In this document: in pieces, positions 50,230 to 61,630 of the stretch
How the letters are laid out: each line of letters starts with the position of its first letter
How positions within the stretch are numbered: position 1 is the first letter of the stretch
Origin: Candidatus Poribacteria bacterium
Lineage (GTDB): Bacteria > Poribacteria > WGA-4E > WGA-3G
Assembly: GCA_965205025.1 (NCBI GenBank)
Contig: CBDBFU010000009.1
Span: 170,218 to 234,217 of the forward strand
Reading direction: 5' to 3'
DNA: 64,000 nt
Program-made: the position numbers and the translations under genes
Notes under the pieces: model-generated
The model's input: only the letters and a program-made list of their open reading frames with translations
What the model was told of the DNA's origin: nothing
The model's database searches: none

Positions 50230-50990
50230 TACTTCGTAACTAAAACAGCACGGTTGGCAAGTTTCACAACTGTTTGGGTAGTGCTTTGAAAAACCATTTC
50301 ATAAAGACGACCATGATGACTTGCACTGAGAGCAATCAAATCACAATCGTTTTCTTCAGCGTTCTCCAAGATATTTGTCACTGTAAATCCAAGGGCAGTA
50401 AGGAATTCAGTGGAAACATCGTAATAATGTAGATAGTCTTCCATCTGTTGTTTTATTTCTGTTGCTTCTTGTGGTGTGTTTGAAAGTGCTAAACCTAAGA
50501 GATCAGACTTTGTTAATTCAGCAATTTCAGAGGATAGCGTTAGAACATGATCAGAATATATATCCCCGTGATGAACAGTGAGTATTTTACGTAAAAGTGT
50601 ACATTGTTGATGTACAATTATAATGGGTCTTGTTATATGTGCAAGTACATCGTCAATCTGGCTTTGTATGAGTTTTAATCCGTGTGTTTTTATATCTTCA
50701 GGTAGACCGACAACGACTAAATCGGCGGAATGTGCTTTTTGGCATATCATTTGTCTGGGATTTCCAGCAACTGCCTCAATATGATAATCTAAAAAATCAT
50801 AAAGTGCACATTCCTTTTCAGTACGACTTAAAATGGTCTCAGCGACATCTGCGCTACCCCCGTGAGAACTATCTTGAAAAAAGACACATGATAGGTGTGT
50901 ACCTAAAAGAACAGCGAGTTGACCAGCATAATCAAATGCATTCCTTTCATAATCCGTATCACCTATAGAAACGAGGATATTCTTTATCAT
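50229..50990 (-). CDS. Tandem universal stress protein
   Basis: MIKNILVS..., ADLVVVG, CDLIALS...STTQTVV...AVLV. Confidence 0.85.
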   Translation of the reverse strand: MIKNILVSIGDTDYERNAFDYAGQLAVLLGTHLSCVFFQDSSHGGSADVAETILSRTEKECALYDFLDYHIEAVAGNPRQMICQKAHSADLVVVGLPEDIKTHGLKLIQSQIDDVLAHITRPIIIVHQQCTLLRKILTVHHGDIYSDHVLTLSSEIAELTKSDLLGLALSNTPQEATEIKQQMEDYLHYYDVSTEFLTALGFTVTNILENAEENDCDLIALSASHHGRLYEMVFQSTTQTVVKLANRAVLVTK

Positions 50991-51009
50991 AGTGTACTGA
51001 AACCATTCC

Positions 51010-51396
51010 TTACCGTTTTGGTTGATTAAGAGGATTCAATAATGCGTTTACTGCTTCCTCTTCACTTTCAAAGTTTTGGAAGACCGTAATAAGTCTTGCC
51101 ATAACTATTAGATTTTTTACATGTTTATTCACATTTATAACGGCTATTGATCCCCCGCGCGGTTGGACGTCAGTATATATTTTCATTATGGCACCAAGAC
51201 CGGAACTATCCATGCTTGTAACATCTTTGAAGTCAAAAACAAGGTTTGGAGGATCTTCCATTTTCTTGAGTTCTTGTTCCACAAGATCTGTCACTTCACT
51301 TATATGGGGGGCTATTATTCTCCCATCAAGTTTAAAAATCGTGACCCCATCCCGTTGAGATCGTGTTATTGCCATAGGTCTATCCTCCACATTCAT
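51010..51396 (-). CDS. STAS anti-sigma-factor antagonist
   Basis: LVFDFKDVTSMDSSGLG. Confidence 0.92.
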   Translation of the reverse strand: MNVEDRPMAITRSQRDGVTIFKLDGRIIAPHISEVTDLVEQELKKMEDPPNLVFDFKDVTSMDSSGLGAIMKIYTDVQPRGGSIAVINVNKHVKNLIVMARLITVFQNFESEEEAVNALLNPLNQPKR

Positions 51397-51416
51397 AGTC
51401 TTGATGTAAATGTGTA

Positions 51417-51764
51417 TTAACTTTCGGTAGTCAATGCTGAAATAGCTTCATCTTCGGTATTGAAATGTTCAAAAATACTTGCCAACCGACTCCGGACAAT
51501 AAGATTCTTGATATTCTTTCCTACATTAAGCACACCAACCCTACCACCTTTTCTGGTAATTGTTACATGTGCCCCCATAAGCGTACCGAGCCCTGAACTA
51601 TCCATCATATTAACTTTTTCAAAATCAATTAGGATTTTAGGTGTATCAGAAGCATCAACTTCCGTGGTAATTGTTTCTCGTAATTCAGAAACACTTGTTC
51701 CCATTATTTTTCCTGCGGGTTCTAAGATTGTTACACCGTCTTTGTGTCGAACTGTTGTTGCCAT
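51417..51764 (-). CDS. STAS anti-sigma-factor antagonist
   Basis: ILIDFEKVNMMDSSGLGTL; AAGGAG SD. Confidence 0.92.
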   Translation of the reverse strand: MATTVRHKDGVTILEPAGKIMGTSVSELRETITTEVDASDTPKILIDFEKVNMMDSSGLGTLMGAHVTITRKGGRVGVLNVGKNIKNLIVRSRLASIFEHFNTEDEAISALTTES

Positions 51765-52191
51765 TTTTTACTCCTTCATTCAATGTATAATTATACGTTA
51801 GCAAGATAATTATAGTTCCAAATTATATAGGATAAGAAATTATATGTCAACTAAATGTAAAATCTTTATTTGGACTTTCTCAAAATTTAGAGGTGGTGAC
51901 CTATAAATTGCATTTTTTTTGGTGTATTTTGGTATCTATAACCTAATCTGGTGGTCTGTGTTGTTTGAAATTCTTTTCCTTTTGGTAAACCTATTTTAGG
52001 AATATACCCTGCCATAGAAGTTGTAGCACAAACATTTAGTTTATGCATAGTTATCGGAATCAACTCCTACCAAGAACTTATTGACACCTATTGGCTTTAG
52101 TAACAATTTATTTACGCACACATGTTACGGTTATTCCTTGATAATCAAAAACCTTTATGATAAGATTTTGAAAAAAATACTGGAGTAAAAC

Positions 52192-53244
52192 ATGTCAATT
52201 GGATTAGGTGTTATTGGAATAAATCCTACGAACATGGGATCAACCACATCCCTTCTTAAAGATATCCCCGATCTGAAATATGAAGTTCGTGGAATTTGTG
52301 CTAAACGGGAGGATGTCCTTGAAAACTACGCAAAGGAAATTGGAGTCAATTACTGGACAACAGATTACCGTGAATTAATTAAAAAAGACGATATCTCTGT
52401 TGTAGCAATCTATTCGCCAGATCATCTCCATGCAGAACATTGTACCGCCGCTATAGAGGCTGGAAAGCATGTCGTCTGTACAAAACCGATGGTAACAACA
52501 TTAGACGATGCCAAACAATTGGTGGATTTAGTACAGAAACACAATGTGAAGTTTCTTGTCGGACAGACGATGCGTTTTGACCTGCAGTTCTTAACAATGA
52601 AGAGACTTCTTGACGACGGTGATTTAGGGGATGTAATGGTCGCTGATGCATATTATGTCCACGACATGCGTGAAGTCTACGATTTCACCCCATGGCGACT
52701 CAATGAACCACAAGATTTGATGTTCGGTGGTGTTGTTCATCCCGTTGACATTTTACGTAGTTTTCTGGGTGATGTTGAAGAGGTACACGCATACGGTACA
52801 AAAGGTTTACTAACACCAGAATATCCTAAGAATAATAACTTTTTTCTTAATCTTAAGTTCAAGAATGGACAAATTGCTCGTGCAATGGGATTATATGATA
52901 TTGTTCACCCACCAATGCCAATGATGCAAGTTTCAATTTACGGGAGTAAAGGAACAATGATTGGCGATTTTACAGACAACAAAGGTGGTCAAGTAAAACT
53001 GATGCTTGATAAAATGTCCGCAAGAGAACCATTTGAAATGACCTGTCCGCCGGAAGTCGACACAAGTGTATATGGTCACGGTCAAACAGTTATTCGTTAT
53101 ATGAGACATTTCCAGCAATGTATTGAAGAGGATCTTGATCCATCCCCGAATGTTATTGATGGGGCAAAATCAATTGCTGTTGGGGTTGCAGCTTGGGAAT
53201 CAATTGAAACTGGAAAACCTGTGAAAGTCTTTAACGAATTTTAA
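52192..53244 (+). CDS. Gfo/Idh/MocA family oxidoreductase
   Basis: SPDHLH, GKHVVCTKP, GQTMRF, HPVD. Confidence 0.9.
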   Translation: MSIGLGVIGINPTNMGSTTSLLKDIPDLKYEVRGICAKREDVLENYAKEIGVNYWTTDYRELIKKDDISVVAIYSPDHLHAEHCTAAIEAGKHVVCTKPMVTTLDDAKQLVDLVQKHNVKFLVGQTMRFDLQFLTMKRLLDDGDLGDVMVADAYYVHDMREVYDFTPWRLNEPQDLMFGGVVHPVDILRSFLGDVEEVHAYGTKGLLTPEYPKNNNFFLNLKFKNGQIARAMGLYDIVHPPMPMMQVSIYGSKGTMIGDFTDNKGGQVKLMLDKMSAREPFEMTCPPEVDTSVYGHGQTVIRYMRHFQQCIEEDLDPSPNVIDGAKSIAVGVAAWESIETGKPVKVFNEF

Positions 53245-53280
53245 ACTATTGCTATTGTTAAAATGCGTAATTAAAAATGC

Positions 53281-53326
53281 TTGACATAATTTTTCTCCAA
53301 TTATATAATTTAGGTATGCCTAAATT
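53281..53326 (+). promoter_or_regulatory. Consensus sigma70 promoter overlapped by a DtxR/MntR-family operator
   Basis: TTGACA (53281)-17 bp-TATAAT (53304); palindrome AATTTAGG-TATG-CCTAAATT at 53307-53326, upstream of a DtxR-family gene. Confidence 0.85.
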
Positions 53327-53431
53327 TATTTTTTGACTAAACTAATGTATTTATATCTCTTTCCTAAGAATATTGGAAAGAGGACTAACTATTTACCGCA
53401 GGATAAAGAGCATAGTTGACTCTTATGTGGA

Positions 53432-54106
53432 ATGGATATAATAATGTTAACACATGCGGCTGAGGATTATCTTAAGTCAATATATAAGTTACAAGACAAA
53501 GGTGAGAAAGTTTCTACAGGTGTTTTAGCAGAATTCCTTGATGTGAAACCAGCATCAGCATCAGGAATGATTAAAAAGCTCAAAACAATGAATTTGATAA
53601 CTTATGAACGTTCCGAAGGTGTTATACTTACTGATGCAGGCGAAGTAATTGCATTAGAAATCATCCGTCACCATCGATTGTTAGAGTTATATCTAAACAA
53701 GGCACTCGGTGTACCCTGGGATGGAGTTCATGAGGAAGCGGAAATATTGGAACATGTGATTTCAGAGGATGTTGAGGCACGAATGGATGCGTTTCTTGGA
53801 TATCCCACGTCTGATCCACACGGTTCACCTATACCAGATAAAAACGGTGTTGTTAAACAAACTGAATCCATTCCAATGACTGAGCTAAATTCAGGTCAAT
53901 CTTGTGTTGTTGCTGAGGTGAGTGATGACGATTCTGCTCTACTACGACATCTCGGTAATTTTAATCTATATCCTGGGACAACATTTAAGGTGATAGGCGT
54001 CGCTCCATTTGAAGGACCATTTACTATAGATATTGCGGGTCAAGAAGCAGTTATTGGACGAGAAGTAGCAAAACACATTATGGTAGATAATGTAGAGGAT
54101 ACTTAA
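53432..54106 (+). CDS. DtxR/MntR-family metal-dependent repressor with FeoA domain
   Basis: EDYLKSIY, RHHRLLE, HEEAEILEH, DPHGSPIP. Confidence 0.95.
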   Translation: MDIIMLTHAAEDYLKSIYKLQDKGEKVSTGVLAEFLDVKPASASGMIKKLKTMNLITYERSEGVILTDAGEVIALEIIRHHRLLELYLNKALGVPWDGVHEEAEILEHVISEDVEARMDAFLGYPTSDPHGSPIPDKNGVVKQTESIPMTELNSGQSCVVAEVSDDDSALLRHLGNFNLYPGTTFKVIGVAPFEGPFTIDIAGQEAVIGREVAKHIMVDNVEDT

Positions 54107-54110
54107 AATC

Positions 54111-55238
54111 ATGGAAAAGAAAGAGAGAGTAAACAAGAAAACAATCAAGATATGGCGGCACCATCTACAGGATGAAGTTGATGCGACTTTTCTTTATAGT
54201 GTTTTTGCTGAACTTGAGACTGATGATGATCGTAAGGAAATACTAAGTGATTTATCTGAGGTGGAAAGCAAACACGTCGATAGATGGGAAAAAATGTTAT
54301 CTACATACGATATTAAGTTCAAGCATATTAAACCGAGTTTAAAAGCACAGTTCTGGTCATGGTATGCACGTCATATTGATAAAGTGTTACCATTAGCTCG
54401 TATGTTGAAAGAAGAAGCGAGTGAAGTTAAAGAATACATCGCCCTACACAAGAGCAGTACACATACAGATGCAAAAGAGACAGCCCTCATATTAGCCAAA
54501 GAATCTGCACAACACACAGAAAGTCTTAATGAACTTACAGGGACAACGGATGAACCTTGGCACAAAACTGAATCCGGTGGTGTATTAGGAAATATAATTT
54601 ACGGTTTTAATGACGGACTTACAGCCAATTTTGGATTGGTCGCTGGCGTCATTGCTGCAGCTGAAAGTGTCAATACAATTCTTGTGGCTGGAATTGTGGG
54701 TACAGTTGCCGATTCGCTTTCAATGGGGGCATCAGGATATCTCGCAGCAAAAAGTGAACAGGAGGTTTACGATCACGAAATACAGGTAGAAAAGGATGAA
54801 ATACGGCTCATGCCTGACATTGAAGAAGAGGAACTTGCCCTTATATATGCTTCTCGAGGTGTACCGAAAGAACATGCACAAGAGCTCGCAAAAGAGGTGA
54901 TGAGTGACCCAGAAAGGGCGTTAGAGGAGAAGATTCAAGCGGAACTGAAAATTGGTAAGATCCATACAACACCATTTAGTGAAGGATGGGTCACAGGACT
55001 TGCAACTGCAATTGGTGCCTTTATTCCTGTTGCCCCATTTCTATTTACAGAAGGAATGATTGCAATTTGGATTTCTTTTACAATTGCAATGTTGTCTCAC
55101 TTCATTGTTGGATCTGCAAGGAGTCTTTTCACTGGACGCGGAATAATTAGAAGTGGTTTTGATATGTTCGTTGTTGGACTCGGGGTAGCTGGTGTCGGTT
55201 ATCTTGTTGGAATGCTCTTAGACTATTTATTTTTATAA
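54111..55238 (+). CDS. VIT1/CCC1 transporter with N-terminal ferritin/rubrerythrin-like domain
   Basis: DEVDA..., EVESKH, KESAQH; IYGFNDGL, SLSMGASGYL, GAFIPVAPF. Confidence 0.9.
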   Translation: MEKKERVNKKTIKIWRHHLQDEVDATFLYSVFAELETDDDRKEILSDLSEVESKHVDRWEKMLSTYDIKFKHIKPSLKAQFWSWYARHIDKVLPLARMLKEEASEVKEYIALHKSSTHTDAKETALILAKESAQHTESLNELTGTTDEPWHKTESGGVLGNIIYGFNDGLTANFGLVAGVIAAAESVNTILVAGIVGTVADSLSMGASGYLAAKSEQEVYDHEIQVEKDEIRLMPDIEEEELALIYASRGVPKEHAQELAKEVMSDPERALEEKIQAELKIGKIHTTPFSEGWVTGLATAIGAFIPVAPFLFTEGMIAIWISFTIAMLSHFIVGSARSLFTGRGIIRSGFDMFVVGLGVAGVGYLVGMLLDYLFL

Positions 55239-55244
55239 ATTAAC

Positions 55245-56267
55245 ATGAAATATATATACAATTTTTTAAAAAGCACATATTCTCTCTATTCAAAAATTAT
55301 TATACCTATATTAGTAGGGTGTTTACTTATATTTTATACTCTCACTATTACTGGATGTGATCCAAAAGTTGAAAAGAAGATTCCAGAGAATGAAAAGATA
55401 CGTGTGGTTACAACAATTGGAATGATTACCGATATCGTCAAAAATGTTGGCGGTGACAAAGTGGAAGTAATCGGTATGATGGGTCCAGGTGTTGACCCAC
55501 ATCTCTACAAACCTACTCCAAAAGACATAGACAGACTTAATTCAGCACATATCATATTCTATAATGGACTACATCTTGAATCAAAAATGGGGGATCTACT
55601 TGAACGATTATCAGGAAAAACCAAGGCTGTTGCAGTTTCAGAAAGCATTGACAAGAATTTGATACTTACTCCCCCTGAATTTGATGGGCAATATGACCCA
55701 CATATATGGTTCGATATATCACTTTGGATTGAAACTGTTGAAGTAGTCCGAGACACTCTGGTTGAGTATGATCCTGAATCACAGGCAACTTATACTACAA
55801 AGACCGATCAGTATATTAACAAGCTTAATGCTCTACAGCAATATGTTATAACACAATCTAAACGTGTACCCGCTGAACAACGTGTACTCGTTACCGCCCA
55901 CGATGCATTTAACTATTTTGGAAATGCCTACGGTTTTGAAGTACGCGGTCTACAGGGAATGAGTACCCTTTCTGAAGCAGGAATCGCTGATGTAAAAGAA
56001 TTAGCAACATTTATTGCTGAACGTAAGATCCCTGCCATTTTTGTGGAATCCTCCGTACCTGTCCGTAGTTTGGAGGCTGTCAAAGCAGCAGTGAAATCAA
56101 AAGGGTTTGATGTACAGATCGGTGGTGAATTATTCTCTGATGCTATGGGAAATGAAGGCACACCAGAAGGCACATATATCGGTATGGTAAAGCATAATAT
56201 AGATACGATTGTCTCTGCTCTTATTGGTGAATCCGTAGTTATGGACAGTGATAAAAAGGAACATTAA
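55245..56267 (+). CDS. Mn/Zn/Fe ABC transporter substrate-binding lipoprotein (TroA-like)
   Basis: Lipobox ITGC; [28 protein letters not shown]. Confidence 0.95.
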   Translation: MKYIYNFLKSTYSLYSKIIIPILVGCLLIFYTLTITGCDPKVEKKIPENEKIRVVTTIGMITDIVKNVGGDKVEVIGMMGPGVDPHLYKPTPKDIDRLNSAHIIFYNGLHLESKMGDLLERLSGKTKAVAVSESIDKNLILTPPEFDGQYDPHIWFDISLWIETVEVVRDTLVEYDPESQATYTTKTDQYINKLNALQQYVITQSKRVPAEQRVLVTAHDAFNYFGNAYGFEVRGLQGMSTLSEAGIADVKELATFIAERKIPAIFVESSVPVRSLEAVKAAVKSKGFDVQIGGELFSDAMGNEGTPEGTYIGMVKHNIDTIVSALIGESVVMDSDKKEH

Positions 56268-57012
56268 TTTGCAATCCCCTGAAACAAATGCTATCTCTGT
56301 TATGGATTTAACTGTCGCATACCATGAAACACCAGTTTTATGGGATATAGACCTTGATGTGCCACCAGGGGTATTATTAGCAATTGTTGGACCAAATGGA
56401 GCAGGAAAAACAACCCTAATCAAAGCAATTTTAGGATTAGTACGAACTGCATCAGGTAAAGTTCTTATTCATAATAAACCGTATGAAGTCCAGAGAAAAA
56501 TTGTTGGATATGTACCACAACGAGGAACTGTAGACTGGGATTTTCCCACGAATGTACTGGATGTTGTTATGATGGGACGCTATGGTGCACTTGGGTGGAT
56601 TCGTCGTCCCAGAAAAACTGATCGAGAATTGGCAATTCATGCATTAGAAAAAGTCGGTATGGAAAAATACAGCAACCGACAAATAAGCCAACTCTCTGGT
56701 GGGCAACAACAAAGAGTCTTCCTTGCACGTGCACTTGTCCAAGATTCTAACGTCTACCTTATGGACGAACCATTTCAAGGTGTTGATGCTACTACTGAAA
56801 GAGCTATTGTTGCTTTATTACAGGAACTCCGTGAAAATGGAAAAACTGTAGTGGTGGTACATCATGACCTTCAAACTGTTGCAGACTATTTCGATTGGGT
56901 AACCCTATTGAATATTCGTCGAATTGCAAGCGGTCCTGTTCAAGATACGTTCACACCTGAGAATCTCAGAGAGACTTACGGTGGACGAATCGCCTTCATG
57001 AAAAACCGATAA
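56248..57012 (+). CDS. Metal ABC transporter ATPase (TroB-like)
   Basis: [36 protein letters not shown]. Confidence 0.95.
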   Translation: MIKRNINLQSPETNAISVMDLTVAYHETPVLWDIDLDVPPGVLLAIVGPNGAGKTTLIKAILGLVRTASGKVLIHNKPYEVQRKIVGYVPQRGTVDWDFPTNVLDVVMMGRYGALGWIRRPRKTDRELAIHALEKVGMEKYSNRQISQLSGGQQQRVFLARALVQDSNVYLMDEPFQGVDATTERAIVALLQELRENGKTVVVVHHDLQTVADYFDWVTLLNIRRIASGPVQDTFTPENLRETYGGRIAFMKNR

Positions 57013-57085
57013 ATAAACCTACTTTGTCGGTACATTTCAATTGCTTTACTATCAATCTGAATCCACTAAATTGGAAATACAATAA

Positions 57086-58030
57086 GTGTTTAACTTTATT
57101 AATATCCTTCTTAACCATTTTGACTATACACTCATAATAGTAGCAACAGGTGCTGCATTTCTTGGTACAGTCAGTGGTGCACTCGGTACGTATGCCGTAT
57201 TACGGCGTCAAAGTTTGATGGGGGATGCCATTTCACATGCTGCACTACCCGGTATCGCATTGGCATTCCTTCTCACTGGAACTAAGATCCACTTATTACT
57301 TATTCTTGGTGCAGCAATTGCAGGATGGGTAGGAACAGTAATAATCATGGTTATTGTCAGACTTACTCGGATCAAATTTGATAGTGCCCTTGCTCTAATT
57401 CTCTCAACATTCTTCGGTTTTGGATTAGTCCTGCTCACACTCATTCAACGTACGGGTAATGCAAATCAAGCCGGTTTGGATACGTTCCTCTTTGGACAAG
57501 CTGCAACAATGTTAAAACGGGATGTGGTAGCTATTGGAATACTTGGTGGGATTGCCCTCATAATTGTGCTGATTTTATGGAAAGAACTAAAACTTCTGAT
57601 TTTTGATGAAGGATTCGCTGCATCTATCGGATTACCAATCAGAACACTTGATGTATTGTTAACAAGTCTTCTCGTAATAGCTATTGTCATTGGTTTGGAA
57701 GCGGTTGGTGCTGTACTGATGAGTGCCATGATTGTCGCCCCCGCTGTAGCAGCGCGTCAGTGGACAGATCGGTTCAGTCTGATGGTCTTTCTCGCAGCCA
57801 TATTCGGTGCTTTATCTGGAGTAATTGGTGCTATCATTAGCAGTACTGGAGCCCAGATTCCGACCGGACCAACGATTATCCTCTGTGCAACTCTCTTTGT
57901 TATCATATCTATAACCCTTGCCCCTAACCGAGGATTAGTTTGGAATAGTTCACGTCAACGTCGTTACAGACGAAACATAAGAATGACATCGAACCAATTG
58001 ATTGAACAACCACAACAGAAGAGTGATTAA
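57086..58030 (+). CDS. Metal ABC transporter permease (TroC-like)
   Basis: GDAISHAALPG, FLFGQAA, PAVAARQWT, PTGP. Confidence 0.94.
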   Translation: MFNFINILLNHFDYTLIIVATGAAFLGTVSGALGTYAVLRRQSLMGDAISHAALPGIALAFLLTGTKIHLLLILGAAIAGWVGTVIIMVIVRLTRIKFDSALALILSTFFGFGLVLLTLIQRTGNANQAGLDTFLFGQAATMLKRDVVAIGILGGIALIIVLILWKELKLLIFDEGFAASIGLPIRTLDVLLTSLLVIAIVIGLEAVGAVLMSAMIVAPAVAARQWTDRFSLMVFLAAIFGALSGVIGAIISSTGAQIPTGPTIILCATLFVIISITLAPNRGLVWNSSRQRRYRRNIRMTSNQLIEQPQQKSD

Positions 58031-58035
58031 TACCT

Positions 58036-59142
58036 ATGTTGGTACATATTCAAATCCTCCTCATTGCAATTGTAACAGCATCCGCTTGTGCTATACCGGG
58101 AGTATTCTTGGTGTTACGTAGGATGACATTGATGAGCGATGCAATAAGTCATGCGATTCTTCCAGGGATTGTAATTGCCTTTTTCTTTACACATACTGTT
58201 TCTTCACCACTCTTAATTCTTGCCGCAGCAGGAACGGGTGTATTCACGGTTGTATTAGTAGAATTGCTTCAAAAAACAAAACTGATAAAAGAGGATGCTG
58301 CGATTGGGTTGACATTTCCTGCCTTATTCAGTGTTGGTGTAATTCTAATTTCAAGATATACACGGAACATCCATCTTGATATGGATACTGTTTTGCTTGG
58401 AGAACTTGCTAAAGCACCACTAAATCAGTTAACAGTCTTAGGTATCGATTTTGGTCCTTCTGCTTTGATAGTTATGGGTGTGATTCTTATTCTCAATCTT
58501 GTCTTTATTTTATTATTCTACAAAGAACTAAAGTTGGTAACTTTCGATATTGGACTGGCAGCAACATTAGGTTTTGCCCCTACACTCATTCACTATGGAC
58601 TCATGACATTGGTTTCTATCACTACAGTGGGTGCATTTGATGCAGTTGGATCAATATTGGTTGTTGCCCTTATTGCTGGACCTGCTGCAACTGCTTACCT
58701 AATGACCGATAACCTAACACGTATGTTGGTTCTAAGTGCAGTTCTTGGAAGTATCAATGCAGTCGTCGGGTATCTACTTGCCTATCAATTTGATGTGTCA
58801 ATTGCTGGGACAATTGCATCTGTAACTTTCTTTGTTTTTGTGTTGGTTTTTTTACTCGTACCAAATCGTGGACTACTATCAATAGCACGAAGACATTTAC
58901 GGCAAAAATGGGAGTTTGCTCAGACAATGCTTGTCATACACCTGCTAAACCATGAAGGTTTACCAGAAGCAGTAGACGAATCAGAAATCACACATTTACA
59001 TGAACACCTACAATGGGAACCATCATTTGCATCTAAGGTCGTAAGATATGCTCTTAACAACAGATGTGTTTCTCAAAATGATACCCAACTCACACTGACA
59101 GATCTTGGTAGATCTATAGCAGAGCAAGCTCTTGTTCAGTAA
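58036..59142 (+). CDS. Metal ABC transporter permease (TroD-like) with C-terminal winged-helix-like extension
   Basis: SDAISHAILPG, HLDMD, AFDAVGSILV; soluble tail ending LTLTDLGRSIA. Confidence 0.92.
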   Translation: MLVHIQILLIAIVTASACAIPGVFLVLRRMTLMSDAISHAILPGIVIAFFFTHTVSSPLLILAAAGTGVFTVVLVELLQKTKLIKEDAAIGLTFPALFSVGVILISRYTRNIHLDMDTVLLGELAKAPLNQLTVLGIDFGPSALIVMGVILILNLVFILLFYKELKLVTFDIGLAATLGFAPTLIHYGLMTLVSITTVGAFDAVGSILVVALIAGPAATAYLMTDNLTRMLVLSAVLGSINAVVGYLLAYQFDVSIAGTIASVTFFVFVLVFLLVPNRGLLSIARRHLRQKWEFAQTMLVIHLLNHEGLPEAVDESEITHLHEHLQWEPSFASKVVRYALNNRCVSQNDTQLTLTDLGRSIAEQALVQ

Positions 59143-59205
59143 TTCATTTACGGCTTATTATTGTAGAGATATTCTCTCACCTAATGAAACAAAGGGTTCA
59201 TCAAT

Positions 59206-61584
59206 ATGAAAAATACATTACGAGTAATTATTATCCCATTAATTCTAATTAATCTTGTTTGGATTTCGGCTGCAGATGAAGATTCTCTGAAGAATCCTGA
59301 TGGTACATGGAAATGGACAAATCGTCTTATTAATGAAACAAGTCCTTACCTATTACTACATGCTCATAATCCTGTAGATTGGTATCCGTGGGGAGATGAA
59401 GCAATATCACGGGCAAAAAAAGAGAACAAACCTATATTCCTTTCTGTAGGATACTCTACATGTTACTGGTGTCATGTGATGGAACGCAAAGTATTCTCAC
59501 ATACAGAAATTGCCAAACAAATGAATGAGAATTTTATCAATATCAAAATTGATCGTGAAGAACGACCAGATCTTGATGAAATCTACATGACAGCAACGCA
59601 GTTGTTGATTCAACATGGTGGATGGCCAAATTCTGTTTTTCTAACGCCTGACCTAAAACCGTTCTATGCTGGAACATATTTTCCGCCAACAGACCAACCC
59701 AATAGACCTGGATTCCCTACGATTCTTGAAGCAGTTAATGATGCATGGAGAACAAGAGAAGACGAAGTGATCGAATCCGCTAACAAAATTACTCAGTTTA
59801 TTGAAGTAGCAACAAGTAAAGGATTTACAACACTTATCGAAAAGCCTATTGACCTATCATTGATAACAGATGCTGTTGAATTCCTTAAGTCGAATTATGA
59901 CAAAGCTTATGGGGGTTTCAGTACTGCACCAAAATTCCCAAGTCCATCGAATCTGGAATTCCTGTTAAGAGAATACGAAAGACGTTCAAAATTAGATAAA
60001 TCATCCAAAGATGATAATTCTCTATTGCAGATGGTAACACATACATTAGATAGGATGGCTTACGGTGGAATCTATGACCAAATAGGAGGAGGATTTCATA
60101 GATATTCTGTTGATGCAAAATGGCTTGTTCCACATTTTGAGAAAATGCTATATGACAATGCATTGTTAGCTAAGCTATATCTTCAAGCATATCATATCAC
60201 TAAGAAACCATTATATCGACGTATTGCAAAAGAAATATTCACTTTTATTGAACGAGAAATGACCCATTCAGATGGAGGATTTTATTCTGCCATTGATGCA
60301 GAAACCGATGCAGTGGAAGGAAAATACTATGTATGGACTGAAGATGAGATAAAAGGTCTTCTTGATAAGAAGGATGTTAAACAGTTTAATACAATCTATG
60401 GAGTTGAGAAAGGTACGAATTTTGAAGGAAAAAATGTGTTATACGTACCGGAAAATGATAAGTCCGAAGAGGCTATACAATCTTTGAGTTCTTCAATAGA
60501 GAAGTTATTAAATGCCCGATATGAACGGGAACGACCACTATTAGATACAAAGATTCTCGTGAGTTGGAATGGACTCATGATTGATGCACTTGCATACGGA
60601 TATCAAGTCTTAGAAGAAGAACAGTATTATACCGCAGCATCGAAAGCTGCCCAGTTTATACTTGATACATTAACAAAACCAGATGGAGAACTATGGCATT
60701 TGTCTACTTCTAATGTAGCAAGATTTGATGGATTTCTTGATGATTATGCTTTTTTTATTCAAGGTCTACTAACTTTGCATGAAGCCAGTGGTGAAGAGAA
60801 GTGGTTGGTTTCTGCTCAAGAACTTACACAGAAGATGATCAAACTCTTCTGGGATGATATGAATGGAGGGTTCTATTATACGAAAGCAGATGATAAACAA
60901 TTGATTGTACGTACAAAAAAACCGCACGATTCAGCTATTCCATCGGGAAATGCTGTAGCAGTCAACAATCTCTTGATTCTACAAGAAAAAATCAATAATT
61001 TACCAACAAAAAACGCACATGTTAATTACCGAGAATATGCTGATACAACCCTACGCAGTTTTGCACAAGCAATGGACGAGACACCTTCCTCATTTATGCA
61101 TATGCTATATTCGCTTAACGCCTACCTGAATTCTCAAGAAGACAATAACTCACCTCAAGAAAGTATAGTAACTGACACATCAACTCAACCTATCGTAACA
61201 GCAAATGCTGATATATTAGCAACTTCTAAGAGTAGAGAAATTGAAGTAAAGGTTCAGGTGAATATAAAAGATGGATGGCATATAAACGCAAATCCAACTG
61301 GTCAAGAAAATCTAATACCTACAACTATTTCAGTTCCAGTCGACTCCTCTATTTCAATTTCTGATGTAAAGTATCCCAAAGGGAAATCTGTCAAATTTGA
61401 GTTCAGTGCAGATAGTCTCAACGTATATGAAGGGACGATGACCTTTACTTTGAAGATAAAACCGAAAGAGAACTTAACATTGAAGAAAAATGATCAGATT
61501 CTACTAAAACTCAACTACCAAGCTTGTAATGAGACTGAATGTCTATTGCCTCAAACATTAGATCTTCCATTGACAATTAAGTAA
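59206..61584 (+). CDS. Exported YyaL/SPATA20-like thioredoxin-domain protein (DUF255) with C-terminal DsbD-N-like domain
   Basis: Signal peptide; [36 protein letters not shown]; GWHINAN...[12 protein letters not shown]. Confidence 0.92.
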   Translation: MKNTLRVIIIPLILINLVWISAADEDSLKNPDGTWKWTNRLINETSPYLLLHAHNPVDWYPWGDEAISRAKKENKPIFLSVGYSTCYWCHVMERKVFSHTEIAKQMNENFINIKIDREERPDLDEIYMTATQLLIQHGGWPNSVFLTPDLKPFYAGTYFPPTDQPNRPGFPTILEAVNDAWRTREDEVIESANKITQFIEVATSKGFTTLIEKPIDLSLITDAVEFLKSNYDKAYGGFSTAPKFPSPSNLEFLLREYERRSKLDKSSKDDNSLLQMVTHTLDRMAYGGIYDQIGGGFHRYSVDAKWLVPHFEKMLYDNALLAKLYLQAYHITKKPLYRRIAKEIFTFIEREMTHSDGGFYSAIDAETDAVEGKYYVWTEDEIKGLLDKKDVKQFNTIYGVEKGTNFEGKNVLYVPENDKSEEAIQSLSSSIEKLLNARYERERPLLDTKILVSWNGLMIDALAYGYQVLEEEQYYTAASKAAQFILDTLTKPDGELWHLSTSNVARFDGFLDDYAFFIQGLLTLHEASGEEKWLVSAQELTQKMIKLFWDDMNGGFYYTKADDKQLIVRTKKPHDSAIPSGNAVAVNNLLILQEKINNLPTKNAHVNYREYADTTLRSFAQAMDETPSSFMHMLYSLNAYLNSQEDNNSPQESIVTDTSTQPIVTANADILATSKSREIEVKVQVNIKDGWHINANPTGQENLIPTTISVPVDSSISISDVKYPKGKSVKFEFSADSLNVYEGTMTFTLKIKPKENLTLKKNDQILLKLNYQACNETECLLPQTLDLPLTIK

Positions 61585-61630
61585 GAATTACTGTTCTTTC
61601 TTTACTATAGTTTGGACAGTTTTAAGCGAT

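Noticed and set aside
53327-53431. yybP-ykoY Mn riboswitch in the DtxR operon leader
   Set aside because: Only a simple hairpin (CTCTTTCC/GGAAAGAG) seen; conserved riboswitch loops not recognisable; the operator already explains regulation
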